From Marsupella aquatica (Eukaryota; Plantae; Marchantiophyta): a DNA stretch of 64,000 nucleotides. This document shows, one piece after another, positions 1 through 12,300 of the stretch. The notes beneath the pieces were generated by a model. It was not told the DNA's origin and searched no databases. It worked only from the letters and a program-made list of their open reading frames with translations. The stretch spans positions 23,892,015 through 23,956,014 of the forward strand of contig OZ316893.1 of the NCBI GenBank assembly GCA_973895155.1, written 5' to 3'. The position numbers and the translations under genes are program-made. The first letter of the stretch is position 1, and every line of letters starts with the position of its first letter.

Positions 1-1
1 A

Positions 2-1078
2 TTGGAAAAGAGGGTTGCTTTATCATTGAACAGACTAGGTACAGGTAACTACTTGCTTGGTTGTGCTGACCTGTTTGGAATGAGCGAAAGCTTGGCCTGT
101 ATTGTTGTGAGACAATTCTGTCAAGCCGTTTTGAAATACATTCGTCCACTTGTGGTTCCGAAATGGACTTCAAAATCTCTGAAAAATTTAGCAGCCCAGT
201 TTGAAGCTAAGCATGGGTTGCCTTTTATTATGGGAGCCATAGATGGCTCTCATATTCCCATCATTGCCCCTGAGGGGGATCCGGCACCTTTCTATAACAG
301 AAAGGGATTTTATTCTGTCCTCTTGCAAGGCATTGTGGACACGGAAACAACATTTTGGGATTGGGACTTTGGATGGGCGGGTTCTCTACATGACTACACC
401 TTATTTGTAAACTCAGTGATGGGAAGGAAAACTATTAGGGGAGATTTCCGTCCATATAAACTCATAGGTGATGCTGCATATCCCATCCGAACTTGTATGC
501 ATATTCCTTTTAAAGGAACAAAAGAACAACTTGAGCCTTTCAAAGCACATTGGAATTTCATCCAGAGTTCTACCAGAATGTGTGTAGAACGGGCATTTGG
601 AATTTTGAAAGGCAGGTGGCGGATTCTCTTGAGACGCATAGAAATGAAGATTGATCATGTTGCTGACGTGGTCGGAGCATGTATATGTCTGCATAACTTA
701 TGTATTATGCACAAGGATTTCGGAGATGAGCAGCTCGTAGCAAATGCAAAATTGTGGCTGAAGGAGCAATGCCTTGCAAGTTTTGGGGATTTAAGACAAG
801 CTGGGACTATGAAAATGTATGATTATGCACAGGTTGAGGTGAATCGAGCTACAATTGATATGGAAGAGTTCATACGTACAGTTGGATTACCAGACGACAA
901 TGACAATGCTGTGATTGAACTTGCCAATGAAAACTCTGTTCAAGCTTTGAAGAGAGGGGTCACAATGCATGTGGAGCTGGCCAAGACATTGTTTCACCGA
1001 CACTTGCGTGAACAGGTTGAATTACCCGAAGGTGTCTTTGATGATGACACAGACTCTCCGAGCGATGCTGATGAATGA
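2..1078 (+). CDS. PIF/Harbinger (HARBI1-like, DDE_Tnp_4 type) transposase; 5' end outside the window
   Basis: Uninterrupted 358-codon frame with the family catalytic motifs GAIDGSHIPI, FYNRKGFYSVLLQGIVD, GWAGSLHD, LIGDAAYP and RMCVERAFGILKGRW, then ACICLHN and an acidic tail. Confidence 0.95.
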   Translation: MEKRVALSLNRLGTGNYLLGCADLFGMSESLACIVVRQFCQAVLKYIRPLVVPKWTSKSLKNLAAQFEAKHGLPFIMGAIDGSHIPIIAPEGDPAPFYNRKGFYSVLLQGIVDTETTFWDWDFGWAGSLHDYTLFVNSVMGRKTIRGDFRPYKLIGDAAYPIRTCMHIPFKGTKEQLEPFKAHWNFIQSSTRMCVERAFGILKGRWRILLRRIEMKIDHVADVVGACICLHNLCIMHKDFGDEQLVANAKLWLKEQCLASFGDLRQAGTMKMYDYAQVEVNRATIDMEEFIRTVGLPDDNDNAVIELANENSVQALKRGVTMHVELAKTLFHRHLREQVELPEGVFDDDTDSPSDADE

Positions 1079-1928
1079 TTCTAGTAATTTTTAAAATTCT
1101 GTTAGGTCAATTCCCTACGTCCATTGAAGCCATTGTTGTTAGGTCTAGCATTCTGTGAACTGGAAATTTTCGTCCACATAAATGCTGACTTTTTCTATTA
1201 CTCAATCTGTGCAATCGTCTTCTTTCAGAAATTGTGCAAGGAACTCAAATCTCAGTCGAAATGCACAGCATGAATCACAGAAAGCTGAAATTGAAAAGGT
1301 CTTGAAAGGCTCCCATTCTCAAAGTCGAAATTGAGAAGACAAAATGCAGTCCTGATGAGCTCCAATTCTTAAAGTTGAAATTGACAAAAGCAATCTATTC
1401 TCAAAGTCGAAGTTGGAATTGAAATCAATTTCTGGGCTATGGATTGATTTTGCCTATGCTTTGCTATTGCAATTTAAGTAGACAATTTTGCTTGAATGAA
1501 TTTCGCTGATAGTTATACATGTGGAAAGCAAAACGCAGTTCTGAAAATCACCAGTTCAGCAAGTCGAAATTGACAGGGAAAAATCCATTCAAACATGAAA
1601 TTGAAGTTCATATACAGTTCAGAACAGAAATGAGTAAATTCTCACCCGTTCTGTACACATTGTGCAATTCTAGAACAAAAAAGAATGATTAAACTACCAA
1701 AAAGTGAGAGCTTCCAGGAGTCGACCTTTTTTATATTGAATGCCCAATTTCAAGGAACTCACTTGTCCGTAGAATGAAACCTATTAAGCAATTCAAGAGG
1801 ATAGTACAACTCAGTGGGCCGTTTATAGTATTTAAAATATTCTAGGGGGACACCATCATAGCTCACTTCTATAACAGAAGGTTGAGGGACAAAGCATCGC
1901 CTAGGCGCCCACTCATCTGCAACCACAT

Positions 1929-3308
1929 TTACAGTTTGTCAATGAGCCTTGAAATTTCGGATTTGAGCTCTTTGAGAACACCAGTGGTCTCACGAATGTC
2001 TTGTGCCATGCTAGAGGTGTTGCTCACCATCTCACTCATGTACATACTATACGTATCTGAATTGCTTTTTTTGGATGATTTTGTGGACTGAGGGGTAGTG
2101 TTAGCAGGATTACTACCTTGATCTGAACCAGATCCAACCCCACCTTCGGCAGACCCTTGCGCTTCCCCTGGCTCATTCAAGTCAAGGGGACATGGATTGG
2201 GAGTCCCACTAGCATCTCCGTGACACAATTTTCGTACATTGGCCCGGTTGTTGAAGCCTTGATCAATTTCGTCAAAAAATTTACAGGTGATCTTTCGTCC
2301 CTCTCCAAATATGCTGAGGATACGTTTGTCACTGCAATACTGTCTATAAATGGTTTTCCATTTCTTCCTGATTGCCTCAGCTGACTTGTTGAATCCTTCA
2401 CAAGCAGCAATCATTTTCTCTTGTAGTTTCTCCCACATGTGCACACCTGTGTAATCGAGAGAAATCAAGTTATAAAAAATAACAAGTGTGAATACTTGAG
2501 AATGCACGCTCACGGACAAGTTATAAAAAAATACAAGTGAGAATAATTGAGAATGCACGTTCACGGACCTATACATGTGATTTTGACAAGAAAATAGAAA
2601 TTTGAGGATCTGAACCTCACCTTGTTTCTTGGCATTCGTTGAGAACTCCTCATCCATTTCTGAGCGAAATGATATTAGGTGGCTGACTTCTGCATCTGTC
2701 CATCTACTCACTGAGTTTCCATCTTCCCCATCGCCTTCTTCATCACTCAACTCGACAACCTTCTGAGCCTTCTTTGGTTTCTTTGTTGGGGCGGCCTTGG
2801 CAGCCCTCTTTTTCTTTGTGCCCTCACCAGGTATTTTGCCTCCAGTTTCTGTCCTAACAGGCAGCTTCGTGACTTGAGGAGGCTCCTCACTACTAGTAGA
2901 TGCAAATGGACCTGGTGCAGGGCAAGAAAAGAACTGATTACGATGGTCTGGAACAAAAGCTTGTCCTGCAATTCCATGAAATGAACGAAAGCTACTTGGT
3001 GGGGGTTCATTGAGGCAGCGTTGGAATTCCTCATCGGACATGACCAACGGAGGTTGGGACGAAAGTGCATTGAATGAATCTCCCCCCTGATAGCTAGAAA
3101 TTGGTTGTGAATCTTGAACAAAATTGGAGTCGACTTCCATTCGTTGCCTCTGTAGCCTTTCCTGCCATTGCTGAAAAAATGATTGGTTCATCGTGACTGA
3201 TCCCGTGACTGATTGTATAAACTCTATGTAAGGAGAGTGAGATGTGCAATGTGCGCTACTGCTGCACTCTGATGTTGCCGAAGAACATATAGATCTTGTT
3301 CTGGACAT
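1929..3308 (-). CDS. Harbinger accessory Myb/SANT (trihelix-like) DNA-binding protein; exons ~3308-2621 and 2446-1929
   Basis: Myb/SANT pattern RWTDAEVSHLI...VHMWEKL...AEAIRKKWKTIYRQY, a basic NLS-like stretch (KKKRAAKAAPTKKPKK) and a coiled-coil-like C-terminus. A GT..AG intron at 2620-2447 (CAAG|GTGAGG ... ACAG|GTGTG) restores the domain (KKQG-VHMW). Confidence 0.88.
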   Translation of the reverse strand: MSRTRSICSSATSECSSSAHCTSHSPYIEFIQSVTGSVTMNQSFFQQWQERLQRQRMEVDSNFVQDSQPISSYQGGDSFNALSSQPPLVMSDEEFQRCLNEPPPSSFRSFHGIAGQAFVPDHRNQFFSCPAPGPFASTSSEEPPQVTKLPVRTETGGKIPGEGTKKKRAAKAAPTKKPKKAQKVVELSDEEGDGEDGNSVSRWTDAEVSHLISFRSEMDEEFSTNAKKQGEVQILKFLFSCQNHMYRSVNVHSQLFSLVFFYNLSVSVHSQVFTLVIFYNLISLDYTGVHMWEKLQEKMIAACEGFNKSAEAIRKKWKTIYRQYCSDKRILSIFGEGRKITCKFFDEIDQGFNNRANVRKLCHGDASGTPNPCPLDLNEPGEAQGSAEGGVGSGSDQGSNPANTTPQSTKSSKKSNSDTYSMYMSEMVSNTSSMAQDIRETTGVLKELKSEISRLIDKL

Positions 3309-6300
3309 TGGATCGATGTTTTTTGAAATGTTGAATCAAACATTTGAAGTTGGCTCGCAAATTGGGCGCCCTCCTGAATCGCCTGGATAGTCGCTTCTGT
3401 GGGGTCAGAGTTAATGCGAAGTCTGAATATAGCAATGGACCAAACGGACGAAAGAAAAAACCACCCGAGGAGGTGGTCTAAAACTTTGCCCGAACGGCCG
3501 TGACATGTCTGCAAAAACTGGGCCCTACACGGCCCCACTAATGTCCATGTAGGATGGGGATCCTCTGACGGGAAGCGGTCTTGTAAAGTCAAGTGTGGCC
3601 AGTTCTCACGAATGCACGGCTAGGATCACATCTGGGAGACTGGAAAAAAATTGGAACGGCCCCGCGGTCTTGTAAAGCCCCCCTTACACCATTCGTAACC
3701 CTTGTTTGAAGGCTTTTATGAAAGACCGTCGACGCCTTCGCTCATCGGGTGGCGCCATGATTGAGGTGCAGTAGTAGGTGTGTGACTATGGTCTCCAAGA
3801 CATGCACGTTCAAAACATGGTCTGCGGGATCTGCTTCCGGCCGGCCCACGGTTCATTGCAAAGGAATGAACAAGGGAACTGCGATATTTTTTTTTGAGCC
3901 TGTTCCATCGATGGTTAGCAACTTCGCACACGGTACGTTCTCTAGCTCCATATCTCGGCCCTGCATCTGGTCATCTCGACGCGTGATCCTGGTTAAATAG
4001 CCCTCCCACCCTGAAACTCAGTACGTGTGCCGCAGACTTACCGCGAGTGAGCCTGCTCGCTGAAGAGTGAAGAAACGATCTTTCTTCGATGACACATGCT
4101 TGAATTGCTTGCTTCGTGCCGGTGAGTGCTTGCTGATGGTTCTGGGTGACGGCGGCGACTACCAGATCGATAACTTTCGCACAACCTCACCGGGCCTGCA
4201 ATCGGGGTTAGTACGATAAAACATCCTGGAACGAATTGCGTATCATGTCCCCCTAGCGACGTAGTGGTAGAGATTGTTATCAGCAGCTTAGAGTGCTCTA
4301 CCTTGCGGAAGAAGTAATGCGAATTTTGCCGAGCTCTGTGCATAGAGTTAATTTGTAGTAATATTTACTAGTTGTGCCGCATGTTTCGCTGGAGTTCCAC
4401 ATTAGCAGATTCGCTTTGTGATTGATTGGGCTTGTTTCGTTACCTATGTCCATTAATTTGTCCTGGCGCCTCAATTCGGGAAAAGGCGTACTTTTTAAAG
4501 TTTCAGACTTGCAAACTCAAAGTGCGTTGGTTGAACCGTAGTGCTGGTTTTGCTGATCTCGTGGTATTGTACCGGATTGAAAACTGACATTTCCCAATCT
4601 TGATCTGATCCATCCACTCCTGTTCTCCATCCCGAACTTGGTGTTCATTTCCCTCCATTTACCGCAAAACTGGAGATTCTTAATCGGCCACATTCCAGAA
4701 GGCCATTCTTTCTCATGAAACCGTCAACCATGGGCTGAAGCGTGCTCGATGAATGTTTTTACTTTTTCAGAGACCTCGCCTAGTAGAGGAACCGATGCGG
4801 TCACCCTAGCCTCGCCCATTTATTCGATTTCTCGAGCAATTTCTTATGAACGAGGCAAAGTAGGCGTGCTCAAAGGCCCTAGGTAGTATGCGGCCAGGCA
4901 ACACAGAGCCCGAGGTAAAGAAAAAGTTGTACCAGCTGCCTTCTACAGTAAACGATTATGCGGCCCTTTTCTCGAAGGTTGTCATATTATATCCTTTTCC
5001 GATTGTCACGGTACTGTTTTGTAGCTGTCTTGGCACACTTCTCACGCCCCAAACAAAAGTGCCGCTAGGTCTGGAGGGGTCCTACACTTTCGGACATCAT
5101 GCATTCATGCTGGTGGCGAGGCGATGAAGCCGTGAATTCGGTGAATTAGTTTCGATTGGTGCTCCGTGTTTCGGTAGGACCCACCCACTGTGCTTTTGAA
5201 TGGAGGCAAATTCACACACGGAGGGTGAAACAGAGGCAAGGAACAACCCTAGGGAGGTGATTTGCGGCCAGAGTACGACGTCAAATCTTGCTTGTCGTCG
5301 GAAAACGCTGAGGGTGCAGAGAACTTTTCGAATCGCATAACAAAAAATCAGTTCCTGTAAGCAAACTCTAGATAATCGTGCGATAAACGAGCATTAATAT
5401 GAAGATGTCAGCCGACGACTGTAGATGTTTTATGCTAGGTGAACATGTTTCTAAGTTTGACAAATTGGCAAACCATTGTCCTACAATCGGTTGGGAGTTA
5501 TTAGGACCAACGGATTAACGACTCAACTGAGCTTCCTTATAGGTAACGGGAGACGACCGCAGTGTTGTATGTAACTTTCTAGGGAAACCCTGGTGTAGGT
5601 CAATTTTGGGAAATTTTACGCGTACTCGCCGTATCCACCTACGAGGTGAGACCTACAGTACACCTCCGTTCTGAAAGTAAAACATTTGAGGCCAATACCG
5701 AGGGCGGGTCACCGATCAATCCCTGTGACAACTGGAACATAGCAGGGGAGGGTAAAAACTATCGTGCACGGTGACGTAGTGATAAAGAGGAGGAGAAGTC
5801 AATTCTTATTTGTGCAATCCTTATGTACGTGGCGCCTTGTGTGTGAGAGGTTTCTCGGGATTCGTTCTTCAGGGATATTGGGAAGTGTAAATTGGAGCGG
5901 CTAGTGAGTGAGTCGCTACTGCATCAAGTCTCTCTTAGTCTCTTGATTGATCGAAGTGAGCGTTGGAGGGGCGAAGTTTCAACGGAGCCTGTCCTCCTGG
6001 AACGTTAGGCGCCTTGAAACGGCAGTTCAGTGCTTCATACTTTGCGGAGAGGAGCGAACAACGTAAGTCCAAACTGTGGCGTAGGGCACAAACCTTTTGC
6101 TCATCATTTCAATCGAGGGGATTTTCATACTTTGTCCAAAGGACGTCGAGGTAGAGGCTTGGTGTTGTCGCGGATTTATGCCAGAACATCGTCGGTCTTT
6201 TGTCAAATTGTGATCGTTGTCCGCTTTTGTCTTCTGTCGTTCTCACTCGAGGTACGGTGATGGTTAAACATTGTTTCTCTGCTGTTTTGGAAAGAGGATA

Positions 6301-7316
6301 GTCCCGGTGTTAGGCGTTTGATGACTGTCGTAGGAATTTCCTTGTCTCGAGTGTTGTGATGGTGTGATTTTGACACTCGATAGCTTGCAAGCTGGAGATG
6401 TACCTCGTTCCTGTTTTGAAGGGAGGCAGTTCGGGATGTATAATACTTGTACTCATGTCAAATGATTTCTTGGGGACATTTTAAAATGACTTCGGCATCT
6501 CTAGTTTAGTACTCTGGTGAAAGATTCTCCTGTATACACTTTTCGCCACGCAATCCGAATGAGTGCATATCGTAAAGGTGGCGTGGGACAAGTGTTCGAA
6601 GGAGGGTTGTTCTTCAGGCTTTTCCCCCGTCATTCCTTGGTTGACAGGATGTCTTGCAGGCTTTGCTTCCCAAGCCATTGACTGTAGATATCGGGTGCAT
6701 AATCCTCGATCTGTATATTTTTTGCTCTTTAGTGAGCTCTAGTTTAAACGCTAAGCTCGGGAACCCAGTCTGCTGGACTGCAAGAGTCCAATTACTACAG
6801 ATGTCTACCTCCCAGTCGCCCAACGAGGTCTCCATGTCTTCATTTGAACTGGCATGCTTGCCTGAATTCATGCATGCCGTCTCCTTTCCTCGAGGCCTTC
6901 CGGTTTAAGTGTCGGGATTTTGGCCCGAGTGCTTTCCTCTTCCTGTCGCAATTCGGGTGCTCTGAATCTGTTGTGCTTCGGACTTTCAATTCCACTCAAT
7001 GTCTCCCTTGCCCTTGATGGCAGAGCTGGGTCCTTGTGGGCTTTCATGTTCTTTCATCCATCCTCTTCCACTCTTTTTGGGTGGTCCTTCTCTTTGTTTT
7101 CCATATTCTCTGTCCCTTCCTGTCCCTTTGTGATTTGCTACTTGCTGTCTAGAATATTTGGTGTAAAGAACTCGGCAGGCGCATACTTGTGAAGAGGAAA
7201 GATGATTCAGAGACATGCACATGACTTTTTCTGTTCTTCGAGGTATCAGAGTAGGTTTTGAGTAGTACAAATGTTGTATAATTTTTGGATCATTGCCCAC
7301 AGGCGCCGAGCTTCAG

Positions 7317-9310
7317 ATGTACGCGGCTCGCTTAACTAACTTTTTGTCATTTGTTTCGATGTAAAGGACTACTCCATCCATCGCGCTGGCCGGGGTTAGA
7401 GAACCATGCACGGGCGACTGTCTGCAGGGTGCGGAGGCCGCCGATCTCACCCTTGGGAAGCCGTGCTTGTTTCCGCTATCGACGTCTGCTACAGTTGCTC
7501 AAGCGCTTAAAGCTCTCAAGTACAATAAGGATATCGATGTGCTGAGTGTGTGGGTGGAAAGCAGCAGTGCTGAAGGAGGAAGTGTTGCAGAGCAACAAGA
7601 TGGCCTGCCAAAAAGTGGCGGCCGTGCCAGAGATCGGTATCGATGTGGCGGGATGGTCACTACTTCGGACATCATTACATTTCTGGCCAGAGAGGAGAAT
7701 TTGTCAGATTTGGGGGCTGCACTGAGCACCCCTCTCTCTGTTCTGTTCCCTTCACTCTCACAAGGAGTGAAACATGTACACCCTCGTACGAGGTATTTTC
7801 TTCGTTGATATCCAAATCCTTGAATCCTGACATCGCGTCTCCTAAATGGGTCTGTCCATCAATTAGGGCCGATGGATGTGACTTCATGTAGGTTCTTTGT
7901 CTATGAAGGCAATTTTCTCAGCACCGATGGGTAGATGTACGTCAGCGCATAGGGCCATGAGGACCATTTCATTTCCATGGTTTCCCCCGTTGCCTAGACA
8001 AGTGTCCCACGTAATTGGGAGTTTGTTGAATCTGTCACCATACCCAAACTTGTTTTGCCACGTATGTAGAAAATCCGAATTTGAATTCTGATTGTCGTTC
8101 TCAACGCTGGACACGCACAATCATGAGTAGAAGGAAACCCTCTATGGGATTCTAGGTGCTGTAGTGAGGCTAAAGTGCATGTGGGTTTCTTGTCATGTGT
8201 TGTCGAGAATCTTTTTCTTTACCCCTCGGCTTGTCGGCTACGTATACCTCTGTCGTTGCTAGGCGTTTCCTGCTCCTTCTCCACTTTTGATGTTTGTTAT
8301 GCCGACCTCTGATGGTTGCGCGTGGTGGGTGCAGCCTGTGTCAAGCTTTGGACACCATGCTCGATGGCGTGCAGCATTTGGTAGTTCCCATTACTCAGAG
8401 GCTGAAGCAGGGAAAACCGTTGAAGATTCCTGGGCCTCTGTCTGCTAAGGACGTTCCGTCAGGAGACTACTGCTGGATAACTCAGGAGGATGTAGTGAGA
8501 TATTTACTGAGCTCAATTGGAGCGTTCTACCCACTACCAATGATGAGTTTGGAGGAGCTCGGGATGATAAGTACAGACATCATGATGGTGGACATGAACT
8601 CCCCTGCAAGTGTTGCTCTGCCTCTTATACAGCGTGCCTCGCAAGAAATGACGGCTGTGGCGGTAGTGACTGGGTTAGCCCTTGGAGATCGAACTGAATC
8701 CTTGGAGGTGAAATTGCCCAGACTTCTTGGCGACATCTCGACCCAGACCTTGAGAGGATGCAACGAAACCGCTGCTGCAGCTTTAGCAACTCTCTCTGTT
8801 AAGGAGTTTCTCCGGTACATTCACGATGCCGGAGGCCCACCCCAGGACTTGGTTGACAAGGTTTCCAGTGGCTTGCAGGAGAAGGTTCTAAGCAGGTCAG
8901 GCTCCCGGGTTCGTCCTTCATCCCCTGGTTTGGAGGAATTCAACAATTCTAGGCTTGCCAAGCTCTCGCCAATGTCGTCGGCCTCCTCAATGAACGGGGA
9001 ATCTGATATATTAGATGCTATGTCAGACTACTCGTCGTCAGACGAGGATGCACTCCTAGGAACATCACCCGAGCTTCCCTCTCTTGCACTGGCCAAATTG
9101 AATCCCTCTTGCAGTGTACCGCGGGACACAAGAGCCAAAACATTAATTACCTGCAGATCTAATAGCTCTCTGGTGGCCGTCATGGTCCAAACTCTTGCAC
9201 ATCGTGTCAATCACGTATGGGTTACAGATTTGGAGGGAGGCCTTGTAGGTATTGTGACATATGCGGATATGATTGACGTTCTTCTGTCTCAATTGCATTT
9301 CTCGAATTGA
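7317..9310 (+). CDS. CBSX5: CBS domain-containing protein, CBSX5-like; exons ~7367-7792 and 8335-9310, start uncertain
   Basis: Family motifs ADLTLGKP..LSTSATVAQAL, CWITQEDVVRYLL, AAAALATLSV.EF and LVAVMVQTLAHRVNHVWV...LVGIVTYADM. The intron 7793-8334 (AG|GTATTT ... TGCAG|C) keeps the frame (RT-S-LCQAL). Confidence 0.88.
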
Positions 9311-12300
9311 GGATTCAGCCGAGGTTTTACCTGTATCCCTGAGCGTCTTCTGCATATAGACACAGGAGAACTCAGCTAGTTTTGCGAACAGAGTTCTCAT
9401 TGAGAGAACCCGCTGTTGAAATACAGTAGCACTCTTGCTACAGAGGGAGTCTGGTGTCTCAAAATGTGAGAACTAAGAGGAAGGTATCATTTTTGTCTCT
9501 GAAGAGGGGGACTTTCTCAGCCATTGGATACTCGTAAGGCAGGTGTTGGAGTGAAATTCCAAGCTAGCCAGTGACCTTGTGTCCGTCAGCTCCGAAATCC
9601 CCGTATGAATATCTACCTATCTATATATTGGCTTGGGAGGCTTTAGTTTCTCAGAGTGATAAGTGCAATAGTGGCATTCCATAGAATTAAATTTGCGTAC
9701 GTTATGTTGGGAAGATCTGTAGACGGCAAGTGGACACTTTAGCGCCTCTAATATCCCGAGAATAAGTCCAATTACACTTAGCCGTCCTTAGTTTCCAAAG
9801 CATCGTAGAGTAGCAGGTTCCCAGTGTCGTACCTATCCAATCTGTTCCGAATAATCTGTAAAAGGAAGGTTGCTCGCTTGACCGGCCATCCTCGAGTTTA
9901 CAATCAAATGTTTGAAGGCCACGGTTTTGTTTGTTCCTCCTCCACAGTTTGCTATGATTCCAGAAATGGTTGCTAGACTGGTTTTTGTAGATATTGCACT
10001 ACACAAATGATTGTGTATCTGTCCTTTAGTTTGAACATCCGATTGTGTTTTGTCTGTACTTCGTTCTGTGTTACTGGTTCTTTGTTCTTTGGAAGAGAGA
10101 TCGAAGACGTCCAATCTTCAGGAGCCCTCTCCTTTTGTTTGGATACGCTTGGTCATAAGTGAGGAATACGAATGTCCCTCCCGATTCGGGGTTCAGTCAT
10201 CATCTTCAGTCTGCAAGAGGTAATCGTTTGCGTCAAACCATCTGCCCTACTGCTGTTTCCTTGCTCTTGAATTGAAGGTACAAGCTATAATTTGGACACG
10301 ATTTGGAGGAGAATGAATGAAAGTTATCAGCTATAAATGTCCCAAGTTGTGACAGGCTTTTAGTCGTTTCATCCAGTCCTGAGCAGATTGAAGTCGCTTG
10401 TCCTCAAAACTTGTGGAGATCAGGCTCGTTGGGCTGGAGTTTGAGGCTTGCAATTGGAGCTCTTCTCAGTTTGTGGATGGGGATTAGCGATCCAGTTTTC
10501 TGGGTTTGCTCTTCGCCAAAGTTTTGCTATCACAATCAAGAAGACGCTCTGTACACTGTAGAGTCTGTGTGTTACTTGGCTACTGAGGTTCCATGGAATG
10601 TCTGACCAGCCGAATTACTCATGGAGGAGTTGGAGAGTCATAGTGATTGTAAATGTTGATATCTGATCTTACCTGCATCATGGAGGGGTGATAAGGGTAC
10701 ACGTTGGTGAACAGCTGTCACTTCTGTACACGAGTGAAGCACTAGTCTTCCTGGTTTTTTTCCCTTGTCTTCTCCCCTTTATTAGGTCTTCTGCTTTGGG
10801 ATCGTTGTCGAGCTTTTTCTGTCCCTGTGATATATATAAAAAGTACCGTATTCTACTTGTGACCGACATTCTGATTTTCTCATATGTGGTCGTTGCTTTG
10901 GTCGTTGGCTAATACGTATTAGCCAGAAAAGTCGCTGCATATGATATTTTTTGAATTGAACAGCGTCGCTAATACGTGGCCAACTGCGACAGCACGTTGT
11001 CGGGCGGCTTATGGAAGTTACAGGGCTTGCAAAGCAATCTACATTTCATCTAATAAGAATGTAGACCTGATTGTGTGGCCACCGTCGTTTGACCACGTCC
11101 ACTGCCCAGTATCCTTTCTTCCACTACAAGTCCTGTGTTGTTCCTGTGTGTTGTTGTCTTCTGTCTCCACTTTTTTCAAATTTACAACAGTACACGCCTA
11201 CCTCTCTGGTTTCGCCTCTTCCCTCGTTCTTCACTCAGCAGCCCGTGTGCCTCCAGTCCCACCACCGCTCAAATCATATCCTGTGTCTTGCAAGTTACGC
11301 AAGTTACTTTATCGTGTGATCTTTATTATATTTTCAACCATGTTTGTAGTTGGAAGGTAGTGCTCATTCACTTGGTAGGCAAAATTCTTCCCTGACCTAC
11401 GAGTATGGACGACCGGATGGGTGTCAGACAACGGACCTTATAAGTGCTATTTGCAGAGTAAATCATACTGATTGGGTGGACTATAGTCCCTCTTTCTTGG
11501 TTTTTAGGGGTTCCTTTTTCTCACCTTTTTTTATGTCTGGTTTAGTTCACTTGGACCCTCTTTTGTTTGTTCTTTTGTACTCTGTTTGGTCCTTTTCTGT
11601 AAAAAAATTGTTATATATTACACTTTGTGACTCACTTGAATAGAAAAAACTATAGCAATGTCTAAACTTTCAAGGAAACAAAATAGTGGCTTCGTGGGGC
11701 CCACTTGGTGATACTAATGCAGAATTGTATTTAAAGGCAAAACAATTGCTCAAGTGCGCACTGGCGCACATCTCCCATTTCGGTTCAAGGCAACAACTAA
11801 GACAAGTCTTACACATCTCCAATTTCATTTCAAGGCAAAACTAATATTTAAGTCTATACATCGCCACTCTGTCCACTAAAACCACAACTCCCGAAATAAA
11901 ATAAATTACTCTGCACTTAGGATATTCGCTTTGAATGGTAGATATTAACACGGACAGCCAAAAATTGAGATTGACTTGGATCAGATCTTGCTTATCAAAA
12001 TCTGAACTTGAATGGAAGCCCACCAGATTGTAGGGATAGTTTATGAACTAAATATGAAACTATTTGAAAATGGATTAACCTGAGACATACGCCACACCCC
12101 GTTCCAGCCATGAGAAGGGGAATGCCTTGGCATATTCATATGTCGTAAATGTAACCCCCAAATGCCAAATTATTCTCTTCAAGACTGAAAGGGTTTCACT
12201 GGAAAAACATGCACCAGAAGTTGAGGTACGTGTACTCCCAGTAAAACCCAAACAAACACAATTGATGATTTGGGTATTGGTCGTAGGAGCAACATTGTAG

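Larger units (their letters stand above)
1..3683. mobile_element. PIF/Harbinger DNA transposon, apparently autonomous; left end lies outside the window
   Basis: A DDE transposase ORF (+) and a Myb/SANT ORF (-) lie tail-to-tail. The element ends in GTCTTGTAAAGCCCCCC (3667-3683; GGGGGGCTTTACAAGAC on -), immediately followed by TTA (3684-3686), the canonical Harbinger 3 bp target. A subterminal copy GCGGTCTTGTAAAG lies at ~3575-3588. Confidence 0.9.

Noticed and set aside
3716-7300. Numerous 60-105 aa ORFs between the Harbinger and the CBS gene
   Set aside because: No recognisable domains; they overlap on both strands. The region is more likely promoter, 5' UTR and intron of the CBS gene.
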